Source of the DNA: Diadema antillarum
Lineage: Eukaryota
Direction of reading: 5' to 3'
DNA: 64,000 nt
Assembly (NCBI RefSeq): GCF_040938485.1
Contig: NW_027271017.1
Span: 7,068,001-7,132,000 of the forward strand
In this document: positions 24,896-48,163 of the stretch, piece after piece
Numbering within the stretch: position 1 is the stretch's first letter
How the letters are laid out: every line of letters begins with the position of its first letter
Notes under the pieces: model-generated
Databases searched by the model: none
The model's input: the letters and a program-made list of their open reading frames with translations, nothing else
What the model was told of the DNA's origin: nothing
Program-made: the position numbers and the translations under genes

Positions 24896-25515
24896 ACTTT
24901 ACCGTGTATTATTCTTCCCCTTTGCTTGGTTAAAAATGTTGGAGAATGTTTTTCCAGTTCACATGAAATGATACTGGCAATGTAAACTTTCAATGAATGT
25001 AGACGAAACTGTTAGGAAAAAGAATGGAACAACATTAACGTGAAAATACGACCGAAAACATCATACGCCGTGCGCAGTGCACCTCCAGACCAACAACATT
25101 GCATTTTTACGGTGTGTTTTGCTGATAGGTAATAGAAACAGATTTTATATCAAATTTCCAATAAAAATAAACAAATATTATAAAGTTTACAACAAAAAAT
25201 ATTATAACTTTGAAAATAGTTTTTGTGTTGAGTAAAATTATCTTAATTATGTTTTAGCAAAAAGCTCCAACAAAATAAAGATCAAACTAAAAATATCACA
25301 CTTTGATATTAAGTGACTACCTTCATAATATGAACCCGCTTTACCGGCCCATCTCATATGGAAGTTAGCGATGAAATACGGTGAATTTCGTTCTACTGTC
25401 GCCGCCATAGACCTGTGAGCTAGCTTCATGTATATCGTCCTTGCCACACACCATCTGTGATGGTTAATTGACCATTTTCCTGGGCAGGGCGTGTGAACTG
25501 GAATCAGGCCTGAAA
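24896..25515. promoter_or_regulatory. Putative bidirectional promoter SUFU/ACTR1A
   Basis: The two ATGs are divergent and about 1 kb apart. An AT-rich core (about 25130-25270) is flanked by CpG-richer segments. No MITE was recognised here. Confidence 0.65.
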
Positions 25516-35686
<10,171 letters not shown>

Positions 35687-37926
35687 CCAGATCCCCAGGG
35701 CTTAGTGAGCAAGTTAGCGAACAGTAAATTAATCAAACCCAGATACTTAATCAGCTGTACAGTAATTTAGAATGTATTTGACATGTGGCAGTCCCAATCT
35801 ACAGGGTGTGACAAAAATGAGTGTGCATTTGGGATAACTCCCCCCCCCCCCCCATTTCTTTATTTGCAGTAAAAAGGTAATGTAGCATACGCGAACATTG
35901 CAAAATAAGTCGGCCGTGAATGCTTTGAATAGTATTAGTGCAGCTGTGAATTGAATGCAACAATGCAGTGCTGTCACGAGAGATCCACGCTGGGAAAGGA
36001 AAATGTGTTGAGAGTTTTGCTTGTAGGGAATTAAAAAGAATGCCTGGTAGAAAGCCATGAGATTCTAGCTGCAAGTTGCAGTGCCATTTTGCACTCACTC
36101 TTAGCATTGACTTTGCAGTGGTGAATATACTGCAAATGCTTGTGGTATTATGGTATAGCAGTGCAATGACATTTGCATGATGCGCACAATATGAGATGAA
36201 AAATCAGTGACGTTTTGGATTTAGCAATACTCTATTGTGGGAGACAGCCACTTCAGTTATGCATCAGTCACACAGCCGGACGACCAATTTGTCACACCCT
36301 ATAGTGACTGTCACCGCGATTTAATGTAAACATTGGGCTTGTGGTGTGTACCCAACGGCCTTAGGGACATCTTTCATGTTTGTTCACTATGGAGGAAACT
36401 TTGTGTCATGTATAGTTGTCCATGTGGTGGCAAAGCCAATGTGAGGCTGGTGGCACTTGATTTGTATTGTATCAGTAGTAGATAGATTTTTAGCTACAAT
36501 CATGCCTGCTTTGTCATAAGAACTAAATCGAATTGAAAAAAAATGTGAGTGGAGACTGGCTCAACTAGAGCCAGAATTATGTCACTTTTATAACCTTGCC
36601 CTTTATCCATGTTTGGTCAGAATTGCATGCTTAGTCTCAGTTTTAGACACTGCAGCATGCTTATCTTAGTGCCCCCAAATGACCACTTTTCTGTTTTATC
36701 TGGGGTCTGGTGTGGAAGTAAGGGCTTAGATATGACCCAAAGCTTTCTTTTTCTTCCAGGTCATTGGAAGCACCGAGCATGCTTGTTGTGATTTTCCCAT
36801 GAACCCTGCTTGCTACCTACTCCTGCAGGCTGTCCAAATGCATCAATAACGCTGCGAACAATACATTACTCTTGTTTTTGTGATATGATACTATCGATCT
36901 CAATACTTGACATTCCGCAGCATGTTGTTGGAGATGTTGTGTGCTAAATCCATGTTTGATTTCAAGTTTGGCTTTGTCATAACCTATAGGAGAACCCCCC
37001 TCCTCAAGGCATAGTATTCCCAATCACTATGCTCCACATACCTGTAAATCATATTACCATCATTAGTTCCTGTACAGAGGGACCACCGTAGTGTGAAATA
37101 TTGCAAAGTGTGCGTAATATATCCATGAAGCTCTCATCATCTTCACCATATTCAAATTGTATGAGACCAGCTTCAAATGTCAGAGCTAAACATGCATAGC
37201 CTTCCATAACCTGGTGTGGTTTACATTTTTGCAATGAACTTGCATGCTATAATTAAAGACATAAAATTGTAAGGAGTCTTTATGTCGATGTAAAGATGAA
37301 AGGAGCATCATATTCTTTCTTATAGAGCTATCAAGATGTCCTGCAGGTGCGGAAAGGGATCCTTTTGACCATCCCTTTCCATGGCTGATGCCTTGCCAAA
37401 CTCTTCATAGAATTTTGAAAACTTGCATCACAAGACATTAAAAAGGCTTTAAAGTCTGTATTACTTTTTTTGTTTTCTTTTGTTTTTGATTATTTGACTC
37501 TGATGACACATACATACAGTCATACACTGACTCAGTGAAGAGACAGATGCCATTGCTAGTAGACTTTTGTGAGTCCAGTTCTCATGAAGCGTATTACATG
37601 TAAAAAAAATTACTGGTAGATTCTCATTACATTGGCCTTTGCAAAACTCTATAAGTGTGAAACCTGCATGTTAACACCAGAGCAGTCCAATATGGATATA
37701 CATGTACTTGTATCTAGGGCCCTCTTGAATTTTGTGAGAGTACCAAGTATCAAACGTGTGAATGCTTACTTTTGATAAATCTGCACATTGTGTGGAAGAA
37801 AACTGACGAGGGTTGGGGGTGGGGGTAGGGAGCTTGGCTGCTTTGTATTATGTTACAACAGGTTTCAGTGTCTCTGACTCAGTGAAAGTACAAGTGTTAA
37901 TTGTCCTTTTGGAGTGAGAACTTAGA

Positions 37927-38180
37927 TGTCTGTCTGTCAGTCTATCTATGTCTATTCATCTGTCTGGGTGTATCTATCTGTCCACTTTTCTGTTTATCTA
38001 TTTAGTTCATCTATCTATCTATTGATCTATCTATTGATCTATCTCTATCTACTTGTCTTTATCTTATCAATCCATCTGTCTTTCTGTTTATCTATCTATC
38101 CATCCATCCATCCTTCTGTCGTTCTACACACTGTATCTATCTATTAATCTGTCTATCTGCATGTATCTATCTCTCTCTCT
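37927..38180. repeat. Degenerate (CTAT/CCAT/CTGT)n microsatellite
   Basis: Visible tetranucleotide periodicity. Confidence 0.85.
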
Positions 38181-39527
38181 ATTTCTGCCTATATTCTCTC
38201 TCCTGAATATCACTCAATGATAAAATGTTTTAATCATTGTGATATTATTGGTTGCATATTGGATGATGTCCAAGTTTCAGTGAATATGAATATACGCTGT
38301 ATACCTGCCTCAGTTTCACCTGAGGTATTCATCAAAATCACAACATGCTCCAAGATCAAGTGTTCATGCCAGTGAATGGAAATATACCAGCCATTAGTAA
38401 CCACTTGAGACCATGGTCCAGTTTTGCCATGGAGAGGATTAAATGCATTAGGGTGGATAGTATGGTATACCTTGGGCATCCTACGATCACGTTAACTTTC
38501 CATTGATGAGATTATGTTGAATGTGCCATCTTCTTCAAACAAAACTTGTTCTCGTGTGTTGGTATGCTGTGCTCAGTTTCATAAGTGTAGTGACTCTCTG
38601 CTAAGTTTTCAAGGGATTTCATGTTCTTCTGTCACAAGATGTAGTAATCTTTATTGTGAAAGAAGTAAAAGTCTTTACAATGTCTTCTTCATTGACAGAA
38701 ATTATCTATTGTCTATTATTTATGTATTATTTCATCAGAAAAAAAAAATGGGTTCAAGGTGTTATTTACTTTTATTTATTACTTGCTGTTTGTATTTATA
38801 CAATGCGTTTCTTTCAAAACAGCATTGCCTATAATTGTGCAGTAAATGTCTGTTTTACACTGAAATGTTTTTTTTTTTTTAAATTCAGAGCCTTATTTAA
38901 ATTAGGCATGCATCAAACTACCAATATCCTTTAGAGCTGCAATAGATTAAAAAAAAACCCCAATTATATAGTAGTCTTCAATCGTAGCTGTAGGAAACTA
39001 AAAATAAAGAAAAAATACTTTTATGAATCTTCTGTGCGTATGCATTTTCCATTGAAATCAGAGGTAAAAGCTGTACTCTTATAGAGCTGAGATGAAAAAA
39101 AAAATCCCTTTGTGTGTCAGAAATGCACACTACAATGTAGTGTGTAAAATTCACTGCAATGCTGTACAAGAGGTTGCTGTAGCAAACACACCAACAAAAG
39201 TAAACTCACCCCTCCCATTTATGTCTGACCCTGAAAATGACATTTTAAGCTGAAAGAATCCAAATATGTGTATGCAATTTGCAATATTAGTGTTGTATAC
39301 TTTTGAACAAAAAAAAAAAATGAAGTGCAAACAAAAAAAATAAACTGATGAATGGCACTATTCAGGGACAGACTGGAAAGTTGTCATCAATACCTGTATT
39401 TTTTTTTAAACGAGAAAAAATTACCACTTAAAAGGCATGTTTTCTGCTTTTAATGTTGCCATGATTGCGTTCATCACATTCTTATGATATACCAGAGTGA
39501 GATCCATGTCCATTTTCAAGAGAGCTG

Positions 39528-39665
39528 GGGGGCATTTTACGAAGCATTTTGTCCGACAAAGTCGTTGGACAAATTTGCTCTCAGCCAATCAGATGCAAGG
39601 ATTTTGGTAGCTTGTAACAGTTTGTCAGAAAAATACCCGACCCAAACGCTTCATGAAATGCCCCC
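39528..39665 (+). mobile_element. Harbinger-like MITE
   Basis: CTG|GGGGGCATTT ... AAATGCCCCC|CAG; same core as 17235-17384. Confidence 0.7.
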
Positions 39666-41100
39666 CAGAAATCTCTTCCTTTTAGGGAGACAGGCATCAC
39701 AGGCCTTGTCATACCTTGTGGTTTGCGCAAATGAGAAGTGCAGGCAAATCACTAGTATATCTCTAGAATGAGTAACGGGATCATTGTACGCTCATTTATT
39801 TACTCGTTTATGCATATGTCATTTGTTTGTCTGGACTACACTTCATGCTGGCTTCCAGCCATCAATTTTGTGCATTCTATAAGTTTTTTTGAATTTGCAT
39901 GCTTGTTAAAATATCCTCTCTGAATTATGTACATGTACCTGCCCATGTGGTGTCTCTCAACAAAATTTAGTTAGTGTAAATAACTAAAATGAATTAAAAG
40001 TAAGTGTCCATAACTCCAAGAGCAAATGGCAGTCTTTGTTGTTTTGTTTAGCTGAAAAAAAAAAGTTATTACTCATCCATTCTGTGTGTGTGTTTTGTGT
40101 GTATGTGTGTGTGTGTGTGTGGGGGGGGGGTGTTCATGACCAAGATCATCTTTTGAGTGGTGGTGTGATCTTTGAATGATATATTGCTCATGTGGATGAT
40201 CAAATGCAAAAAAAAAAAAATACTCAGTATTTGTGTTTTCAAGAAATCAAGCAACAAAAATACAATTTCTGTGCAGAAGTCTGTTTGGGCTGTTTTCTTG
40301 CTAGATGCCCTATGGACTGTTCAATAAACACACATTATACAAACCTGGGGGAGACTGAAGGTTAGAAATGACCTGAAAATGACTTTGACATTGACAGGGA
40401 GAGATAGAACATGCACACAAGTAGTTGATAATGCTATTTGTTTGATAACTAATACCATCTAATTCTGGTTATCGAAGGGAAGGTCAGTCACACATGTCTA
40501 TCAAGGGCTGCTCTCTATTTCACACAATGCAGGGGCAGGGCTAAAATTCATGACAAGAACACTTTTGTAAAGGAAACTAGTTGTTGGTTGTGGGGCTGAA
40601 ATATGCCATGCCATGTGAAACAAGATTTTTGTTTATTTTTTTTTTAGGGCATTAGGGCATACATTTTTTTTCCTTCTAAACAATGTGAATGGAGAGAGAG
40701 AGACACATCAGGAAAAGAGAGCAGGAGTTGGACATTTATGATTGTTTTTACACCTGTCAGTTTGTCGTTTGCCTTGAAACATCAAGAGTGGAGAGTCAGT
40801 TATGTGTTTACAATATCATCCAGTAACCAAAATATAGAAATTAAGCTCTAGAAATCATTGCATAGCCAAATTGATCAAGATATATTTCTGATTTAAAAAA
40901 AATATATACTTGTACAAGCAATACATTGTACATGGATTGACAAATAATGTCTGTTTAGCATGATACTGGTATGTGCAAACATTGCGTATCTTGACCCAAC
41001 TTTAGCAGCATTAAACAAATAATGCTACAAACAAGAAAGAATATAGGCATTTGGAGCAAAATCTCAGTTATATGATCAAATCCTTATTAGGCTCACTTAA

Positions 41101-41568
41101 AGGGACATTCCAGACGATTTTCATAATTTCACATCATGTAGTAAATAAATTGACAACTCCATGTATAGATTTTTGGAATTTATGGTGGTTCTTGAGCCGA
41201 GAAACAATACTTTGAAAAACCTTAAACAAATTACACTGAACAAGGATGATGACATAGGAGGTTCACATATTCAAGAAATGTAGCAGTGTAATTCCATTAC
41301 AATACCACTTGCTTGCGAGTTCACCTGTGTATAATCTATGCATGCCTTCTTCTTTTGTTCTGCTTCCTTGAGCCCCAACATGTTTTACTCATGCATTCTT
41401 TTGGTGACTCTGCTATGTCATCATCCTTGTTCATTGCAATTTGTTCTAAATTTTGAAAATATTCTTATTCTTCATCCCAATTATCACAAATTCTGAAACC
41501 CTGTCCTCAGTATAACTTATTTATAGTTGTTCAAATGTAAAAATCTGAAAATCGTCCGGAAGTCTCCT
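41101..41568 (+). mobile_element. Kolobok-like MITE
   Basis: TTAA|AGGGACATTCCAGACGATTTTCA ... TGAAAATCGTCCGGAAGTCTCCT|TTAA; inner inverted repeat AACAAGGATGATGACATAG. Confidence 0.8.
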
Positions 41569-41916
41569 TTAAGATGGTGCATGAATGTGTCTGTGTCTGT
41601 GTGCGTGCATGAATGGAGTGTGCTTTGGTGTTTATTGTACTGTAATGTATTGTGAAGTGCTAGGAGGAGTCTGTTAAAAAGTTCATAACAATGCCTCTTG
41701 TGTACTTGATGAGGGTCAATTAAAAGATATCGGGACCCAAGAGTACCAAACATGGAGTACAATACATTGTATTTGGAAGTAAAGGTCAAGAATTGATATT
41801 GTACGACAGACACCCCAAGGCATCATTACACTCTACTACAAAATATCTACTGCAGTGCCATAACCAACTACAATAGATTGGAATCTTTTATAAAGAGGTC
41901 GGATGTAACAAACCAG

Positions 41917-42085
41917 GGCCCTATTTCATAAAGCTGTTCGTAAAGTTACGAACGACTTAAGAATGACTGGTGATCAATTCTGATGTGCTATACATATGAG
42001 AATTTCCATAATTCAGCACAAGAACTGATCACCAATCGTTCTTGAGTCGTTTGTAACTTTACGAACAGCTTTATGAAACACTCCC
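41917..42085 (+). mobile_element. Harbinger-like foldback MITE
   Basis: About 70-bp imperfect TIR containing TTTCATAAAGCTGTTCGTAAAGTTAC; CAG/CTG flanks. Confidence 0.75.
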
Positions 42086-42141
42086 CTGGTGATTTTGTAG
42101 GTACCAATTGTTTATATTTCTTTGTGTTTTGTATCCTGATA

Positions 42142-42501
42142 CAGAGACTCCAACCCTCCCACTTTCGACGGGAGATCTCCCGAAAGTCCACTTTTGCAAA
42201 ATCTCCCGTTCTCCCGTCTGAAATTTAATTTCTCGCCCTGGCTCTGTGTCTCCCGTTTGAAATGATTTCTTACTTTCTGTCTTTGTATGTTGAAAAATAA
42301 GCCTGTAGACAGCACGAGAGTGGCATCAAGAACTCTAATTATTAAAGTTTCCAGGGCCCAAACGGGCCCTGGACCCCGGCCACAAGGAACTTTACGCTCG
42401 TGATATGCACTTCCCGCACATCAAGTTGGAGTGTCCCGTTTGCTAGGGGTTTCAGGCGGGAGAATCTCCAGATCAGAAGGTGCTTGGGGTTGGAGTCTCT
42501 G
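42142..42501 (-). mobile_element. MITE, same family as 119-422, 6-bp TSD
   Basis: Same TIR; TSD CTGATA both sides; carries about 55 bp more internal sequence. Confidence 0.85.
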
Positions 42502-42661
42502 CTGATATAGTGAGAAACCAGATATAACAAGGTATAGTTGTCATGGTTCTTAGGTCCTTATAATAAAGAAGGAGCTTCAACGCTCCTTGGTAATAATAAG
42601 GTTCCACTGTACATTAATTCTGACCCCCAGTTTCTTGGGGATAAACTATACATGCGATATA

Positions 42662-42875
42662 CTGTCAATGTAATATATATTTAGTGAGTCTGATTTTTAG
42701 CGAATTGGGACTTCCTGACAATTTTGCGAGTGGTTAAATTTGCGATTGTGGAGGTACAGTACTAAATGGAGAGATGTGCACGTCACATTCATGCCGGTAT
42801 CAGAGTTAATATTTTTGCATGTTTTTGAATTAGCGAATAGCACCCGACTCTCGAAATTTGCGAAAATAAAAACCT
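42662..42875 (+). mobile_element. TA-flanked MITE, right end decayed
   Basis: Collinear similarity to 8932-9174 (GACAATTTTGCGAGTGGTT, GCGAATAGCAC). Confidence 0.55.
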
Positions 42876-43294
42876 GAAATAATTGGGACTTGTAAGTCAA
42901 GCTCAAGAGTGGTTAAGTCCGCAAAAGAGAGCTATATAGTTACAGAATGAAATGTGAGCACTTTTCCTTTCAGTTAAAACTTAGCGATATTCTACCTTGT
43001 ACAGCGCATTAGTGTTTGCACAGAAAATACTTCTACAAGTTGTTTCATTTTCCAAATACATTGTACTGGTACCAGTTGACTCCGGATATTTTTGAAAATA
43101 GAACACTATGATATACCATGTATAGAGTACAATACAAAATAATAACATGGTTATTACTGTGCACAGCAAATTTTGACATCCATATTCTAAATTTGAGGAA
43201 AATGAGTCAAATATTTGCTTGAGTCTTTGCATGGACAGATAATGCTTCACTCACAAAATCATTGATTTGCCCGCATCATAACTCATAATGACTA

Positions 43295-43499
43295 CTGTAA
43301 AACAAGAAATGTTCGTGTGCATTTTAACTTCACAAATTTCGCAGGGAATCAAGATTCTCAAAATTAAAATGCACGCAAAAGTTCTTTCCACACTATAATG
43401 CATCGGATGCCAGTGGTGATTCGCGAAAATTTCATGCCATGAAAAAGGTGTCGGCTACAATTTAGAAAAATTTCGTGCCAGGAATATTTCTTGCTTGCA
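43295..43499 (+). mobile_element. TA-flanked MITE
   Basis: TA|CTGTAAAACAAG...; homologous to 46127-46327. Confidence 0.65.
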
Positions 43500-43516
43500 A
43501 AACATTACCTGCGAAA

Positions 43517-43738
43517 TGGTGACACGACATTTGCTCCTGCCACAATTGCTCCGGTCTTATTTTCTCAGAGAACATAAGGTTAGGGTAAGGGTTGTAATAG
43601 GGTTTTGGGTTTTAATTTGACAGGAGATTAGTATTAGGGCTAGGCTTATATTTGTGGGTAGAATTTATGTTTGGCTTTGCGTGCAGATACATGTATGTCA
43701 TGGGAGCAATTATCGCAAGAGCAAATGTCATGGAACCG
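43517..43738 (+). mobile_element. MITE with internal telomere-like GGTTAG/TAGGGT tract
   Basis: About 35-bp imperfect TIR containing GACATTTGCTC and CAATTGCTCC; centre GGTTAGGGTAAGGGTTGTAATAGGGTTTTGGG. Confidence 0.7.
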
Positions 43739-46126
43739 AAGTTACCATCCCTCCTCTCACTTTTTATCATCAGTCAGCCTTTCTCTGCCTCCACTTCGTC
43801 TGCTCATGTGGAGTCAGCTGACCGTACAACAGTCTCAGATTACATTAATTTGATAGGATACAGTGTAGTGCAGTCATTTTGATGAGCAACTGATATGTCA
43901 CTGTTACACACAAAAAATTATTCCAAGCATGCTGCGGATACAATCTAGAAGTTTGACCAAGTTTATTACAGATGTGTACACACTGGCCTGAATTCCAGAA
44001 AAAAGGACAAATTTATGATGCTTAATGATACCACATTCTTTTTATCTATTGAATGCAACATATATCTGTAAAAATCTAAATAACATGCAAATGTTCTCGC
44101 TTTTATGGAGAAAAAAAAAACGAAGAAATCAATGGCAAAGTCCTAAAATTCATTTCCTTAAATTTCATAAAACACATCAAAAAAAATCTATATTTATGAC
44201 TTCTTCAGAACAGCGATGAATTCAAAATATGGTATACATTTGTTGACAAGTAGAATTCTAGGAATTTTAATCTGCACATTGCATCACAAAGAGTCTTCTC
44301 TTGTGGATTATAGAGTTGAACATAGTGTAACCGTACAAGAAAAATGTCAACTGAGAAGGTGATACCATAATACATTTCGCCCTTTGTTTACAAAACCAAC
44401 ATTTTATTGGGGGAAAAAATCCGTATTTAAAGTACACAAAGTATCTACAGACAAATGGCATATTGGCATACTGAAATTTGGTATCTGGAAAGTCTGCTTT
44501 GTAAGTTTATCTTGTATCACATCCACAAGGAACTGAGGATCAATTTACAGCATCTACAGTACATTTAAAAATGTTTCCCTACTTACAATGTACACTATTA
44601 CAGTTACAGTTAAAATCTGTCAGTCTTATGCTTCAAGACTATCTTCCTCTTAATGGGCTGGGCATAATATTAGATATAATTTCCCTTCAAAATACATTGT
44701 CAAGGCTCGAAATTGAATTCATACAATCTTTTTTCTGTTCGTGTAAACAATCTTTCTTTCTTTTGTTATTGTTAGCAACAATTCTCTATTGGTCCATTCT
44801 GAAGGACTGGAACTGCCTTAAACAGTTGATTGCAGTCATTACCACACTGTCCCCTGATCAATGCTGCCTTGAGAAACGCAACTGAAACTTTCTCCAGGAG
44901 AGTCATTCAGCAAAGTACACTGCACAAGGAAATGCATTCACTTTGGACTTGCCTCCACAACAACTTACACCCGCATAAATGTGTGGATATATTCTGGTCA
45001 TTAGCAGGGATTCTATGGTGCAATGGTTAAATTCATAAAGAGACCGCCATTTCTCTTAACAAACTCCAATCACAGTCTCGTCAGTGATCCATCCAACCAT
45101 TTCTTGTGGTATATATGAAAAAAAAAGTTCACATACTTGCATAAGTATGTGCTTGCAGATGTATTTTCTTCAGCAAGTTTGTGTGGATTCTAAAGGCTCC
45201 GATGATCTTCCTATTTTGTTTGACCAACAGCAAGAAATTTTCATGTGAGCTGAGCTTCTAATGCTCGTCAACACTAATGACATTACACAAACTGTAATTT
45301 ACGTACTACATCTTTGGAGTCGATGTGTCCATCTCTGTCATTATCGAGGGCAACTTACTCATGAAATTACCTGACATTTTACCGTAGCTACCTCTTTTAA
45401 GTATTATGTGAAGATAACCACCCTCTTACCATCAAGATAGGCTACGTGTACATGTACTTGCATCAAGGGGATACAGAACCAGCTTGAGGTTTGTCATAGC
45501 GAAGTCAAGCTGTGAAAAGCATGCACATGCTGGCGAACAATTTGAGTCAGCCTGATGCTCTGCCCCATGCCTGGATGCCAGATAAGATCATATCTACCTC
45601 TTATAACCTTCATACATCCACTTTCATCATACATCATCTCACATGATTATACATCTATTTTTTTTTCTGTGAAATGTGGTACAATCTACAAATATAATAT
45701 ACAGCACTCAAATATGCCTGTGAATGGTTACAGAATACATGCCCATTTTATATAACAACTTAAAATACCAACAACAAAAAATGAAATTGCACAAATGCAG
45801 CAGCTTATCATTTGGGGAAAAAGTTGAGGTATCAAAAGAGAGAATGAGAGAGAGAGAGAGAGAGAAAATGAAAATATTCCAGCTCAGGTCATGATATATT
45901 CCTTGTTTACTACAAACAAAACCAGTGAACAATTCAGACTGGATTGTGAGAATTTTTCTGTTTTCATTATAATAAAATCTTCTTAAGATGGAAAAAGTAA
46001 CTATAAAGTGAAATAACAACAATTTTACTGGTAAAAAAACCTCTCGTACTATTGAAATCTTGTTGTACATGTACAATGTATGTCCATTATAGCATTATTC
46101 ACCTGTACACAATAACGAGCAGTGTA

Positions 46127-46327
46127 CTGTAAAACGAGGAATGTGCGCGTGCATTTTAATTTCACAAATTTCGCCAGCATTCGTGAAATTAAGATGCACG
46201 CAAAAGTTCTTGCCTACACAATATGCATTGGACGCCAGTGGCAATTCGAAAAAATTTCATGCCACGAGAAAGGTCTTCGGCTCCAATTCGCGAAATTTTC
46301 ACGCCGCGAATATATCGTGTTTTACAG
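46127..46327 (+). mobile_element. TA-flanked MITE, intact ends
   Basis: TA|CTGTAAAAC ... GTTTTACAG|TA. Confidence 0.8.
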
Positions 46328-48163
46328 TATAAAGAATCAAGAACTGAATGCAAAGGTGTAGGAGCTTTTGAACACTGCATTCATAGATACGTGGAACAGT
46401 CTCATCAAACTCAAAACTTAAATATATATTTCCATTTGACTGCGAAGTCTCTGGATTCAACACTGTGATGGTGATTCCATCAACCTGTGATCTTCCATTC
46501 CAACGGATAAACCCATTCCTCTCACATGTACGGTTTAATGATGTCTAGTACTGGATATACATGTATGTGACCAATTTTGGACCAATACTGTGATCTATTT
46601 CACATAGCAATAGGGCAATTTGAGTGGGGATGGGTAGGGTTTGTAGAGGAGAGACATGAACTCAAATTCCTAAGATCAAATTCACTGCAGAACAATATCC
46701 TTCCTGATGAAAAGGATGTATGTTGAAAGTCAACAAAATTTTAAATGCAAACAAGAAATGAAGCGTCTTCAATCTATACCATACACATTCTGCACTTAAA
46801 AGCAATCTGTCTGGAAAACTGAGAAAAAAACCCCAAAGAATGCAGAACAGCACATGACTAGTCTCAAAGGAATTCTATACTGTATACCCAGGTCCAGTAT
46901 GCATGTTATTTTGAAGCACCTTAAAGGAACTACTAATATGCAATGCAAATGCATGTTGACTTGTGTTAATTCATGATACCCTCAACACCACTTATAATTT
47001 GTATATGGCCAAATGAATATCTACATACTTGCCGTGTATTTCATAATAATTTTTGACTATTTTTCTTCAGATTACTTAGATATGCCCACAAAAAAAACCT
47101 TCCAAACTAAGATTCTGCCAGTTTCATCATCTGTCAATCATTGTTTAAGTACTAATATGATTAACAATAAGACATTGAAATGCACTTTCATTAAACTGAG
47201 CATAGTAACTTACATATTTCCACGTTACTAATACGACTGACAAAAGATTTGAACATACTCAAGTAATCTGCAGAAAAACAGCAGAAAAATTACTATAGAA
47301 TACGTGTACTGTAGATACATGTATTTAGATACTCACTTAGCCACAAAAGTGATATTAAGGGTATCATAAATCAACATGATCATCAACTTGCATTTGCATT
47401 ACATGGTTCCTGTAAAGCATGTCCCTTCACAAGATTTTGTATCGACACCAACGGCTGCCATGAATTTAGTTGTTGATTGTCTTGAGCTGCACAACCTCAA
47501 GAGTGATATAGTTGACAGGGAGTAGAGAGAAATAGGTTGGATGCTATACAAGGTGTCACAAAACATGTTGACTTTTAATATCACGAATGTGAAATGCATT
47601 TCAGAAAATTCTCGCATGAACCATGGCTTCTCTATGTGCCATGCACCTAAACTTTGAAATACTGTACCACCACAATATCTATAACACTGATTAAGAATTT
47701 GTGTGCAAGCACGCAGTATGTCGTATTTCTGCAAAACACTACGCTTTACTTGATTCCACTGTATTTTCGAAGTTTGCTGATTTGCCACACAACAGATAGT
47801 GTGATTTTGAAAAAAATTCCATCCTTCTCATTTTTTTTTTGAGAAGATTTTATCATCATTATTACCCTGTATTTGGACTCACTACAACTCATAGACACAC
47901 AGCATGATCAAATTGGAATTCCCACGATACGACTGACTTGGCATTGCTCTTAACATCAGAGCTATCTCATAGAGTGACTATCCTCCATTCCTGTACAATT
48001 CAATGTGAAACTGAAAGTTTTATAGTCAAATTTCTCTGTTGACACAATTCTAAAATGGCACGGCCTGCAAGTAGGTCACGTCCACGCTAATATTTCACAA
48101 GTTTTCAGGGTAAGCATGATCACAAAGACACAACACACTCGTGAGATCCTTGTCAAAATATTA

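Noticed and set aside
3478-25515. Canonical GLI sites (GACCACCCA) suggesting feedback on SUFU
   Set aside because: I saw no exact match by eye; a motif scan would be needed to exclude weak variants.
36817-37234. Two protein-like minus-strand ORFs with nearby splice-like sites
   Set aside because: No recognisable homology, no coherent start-to-stop model, and they lie in the probable ACTR1A 3' UTR.
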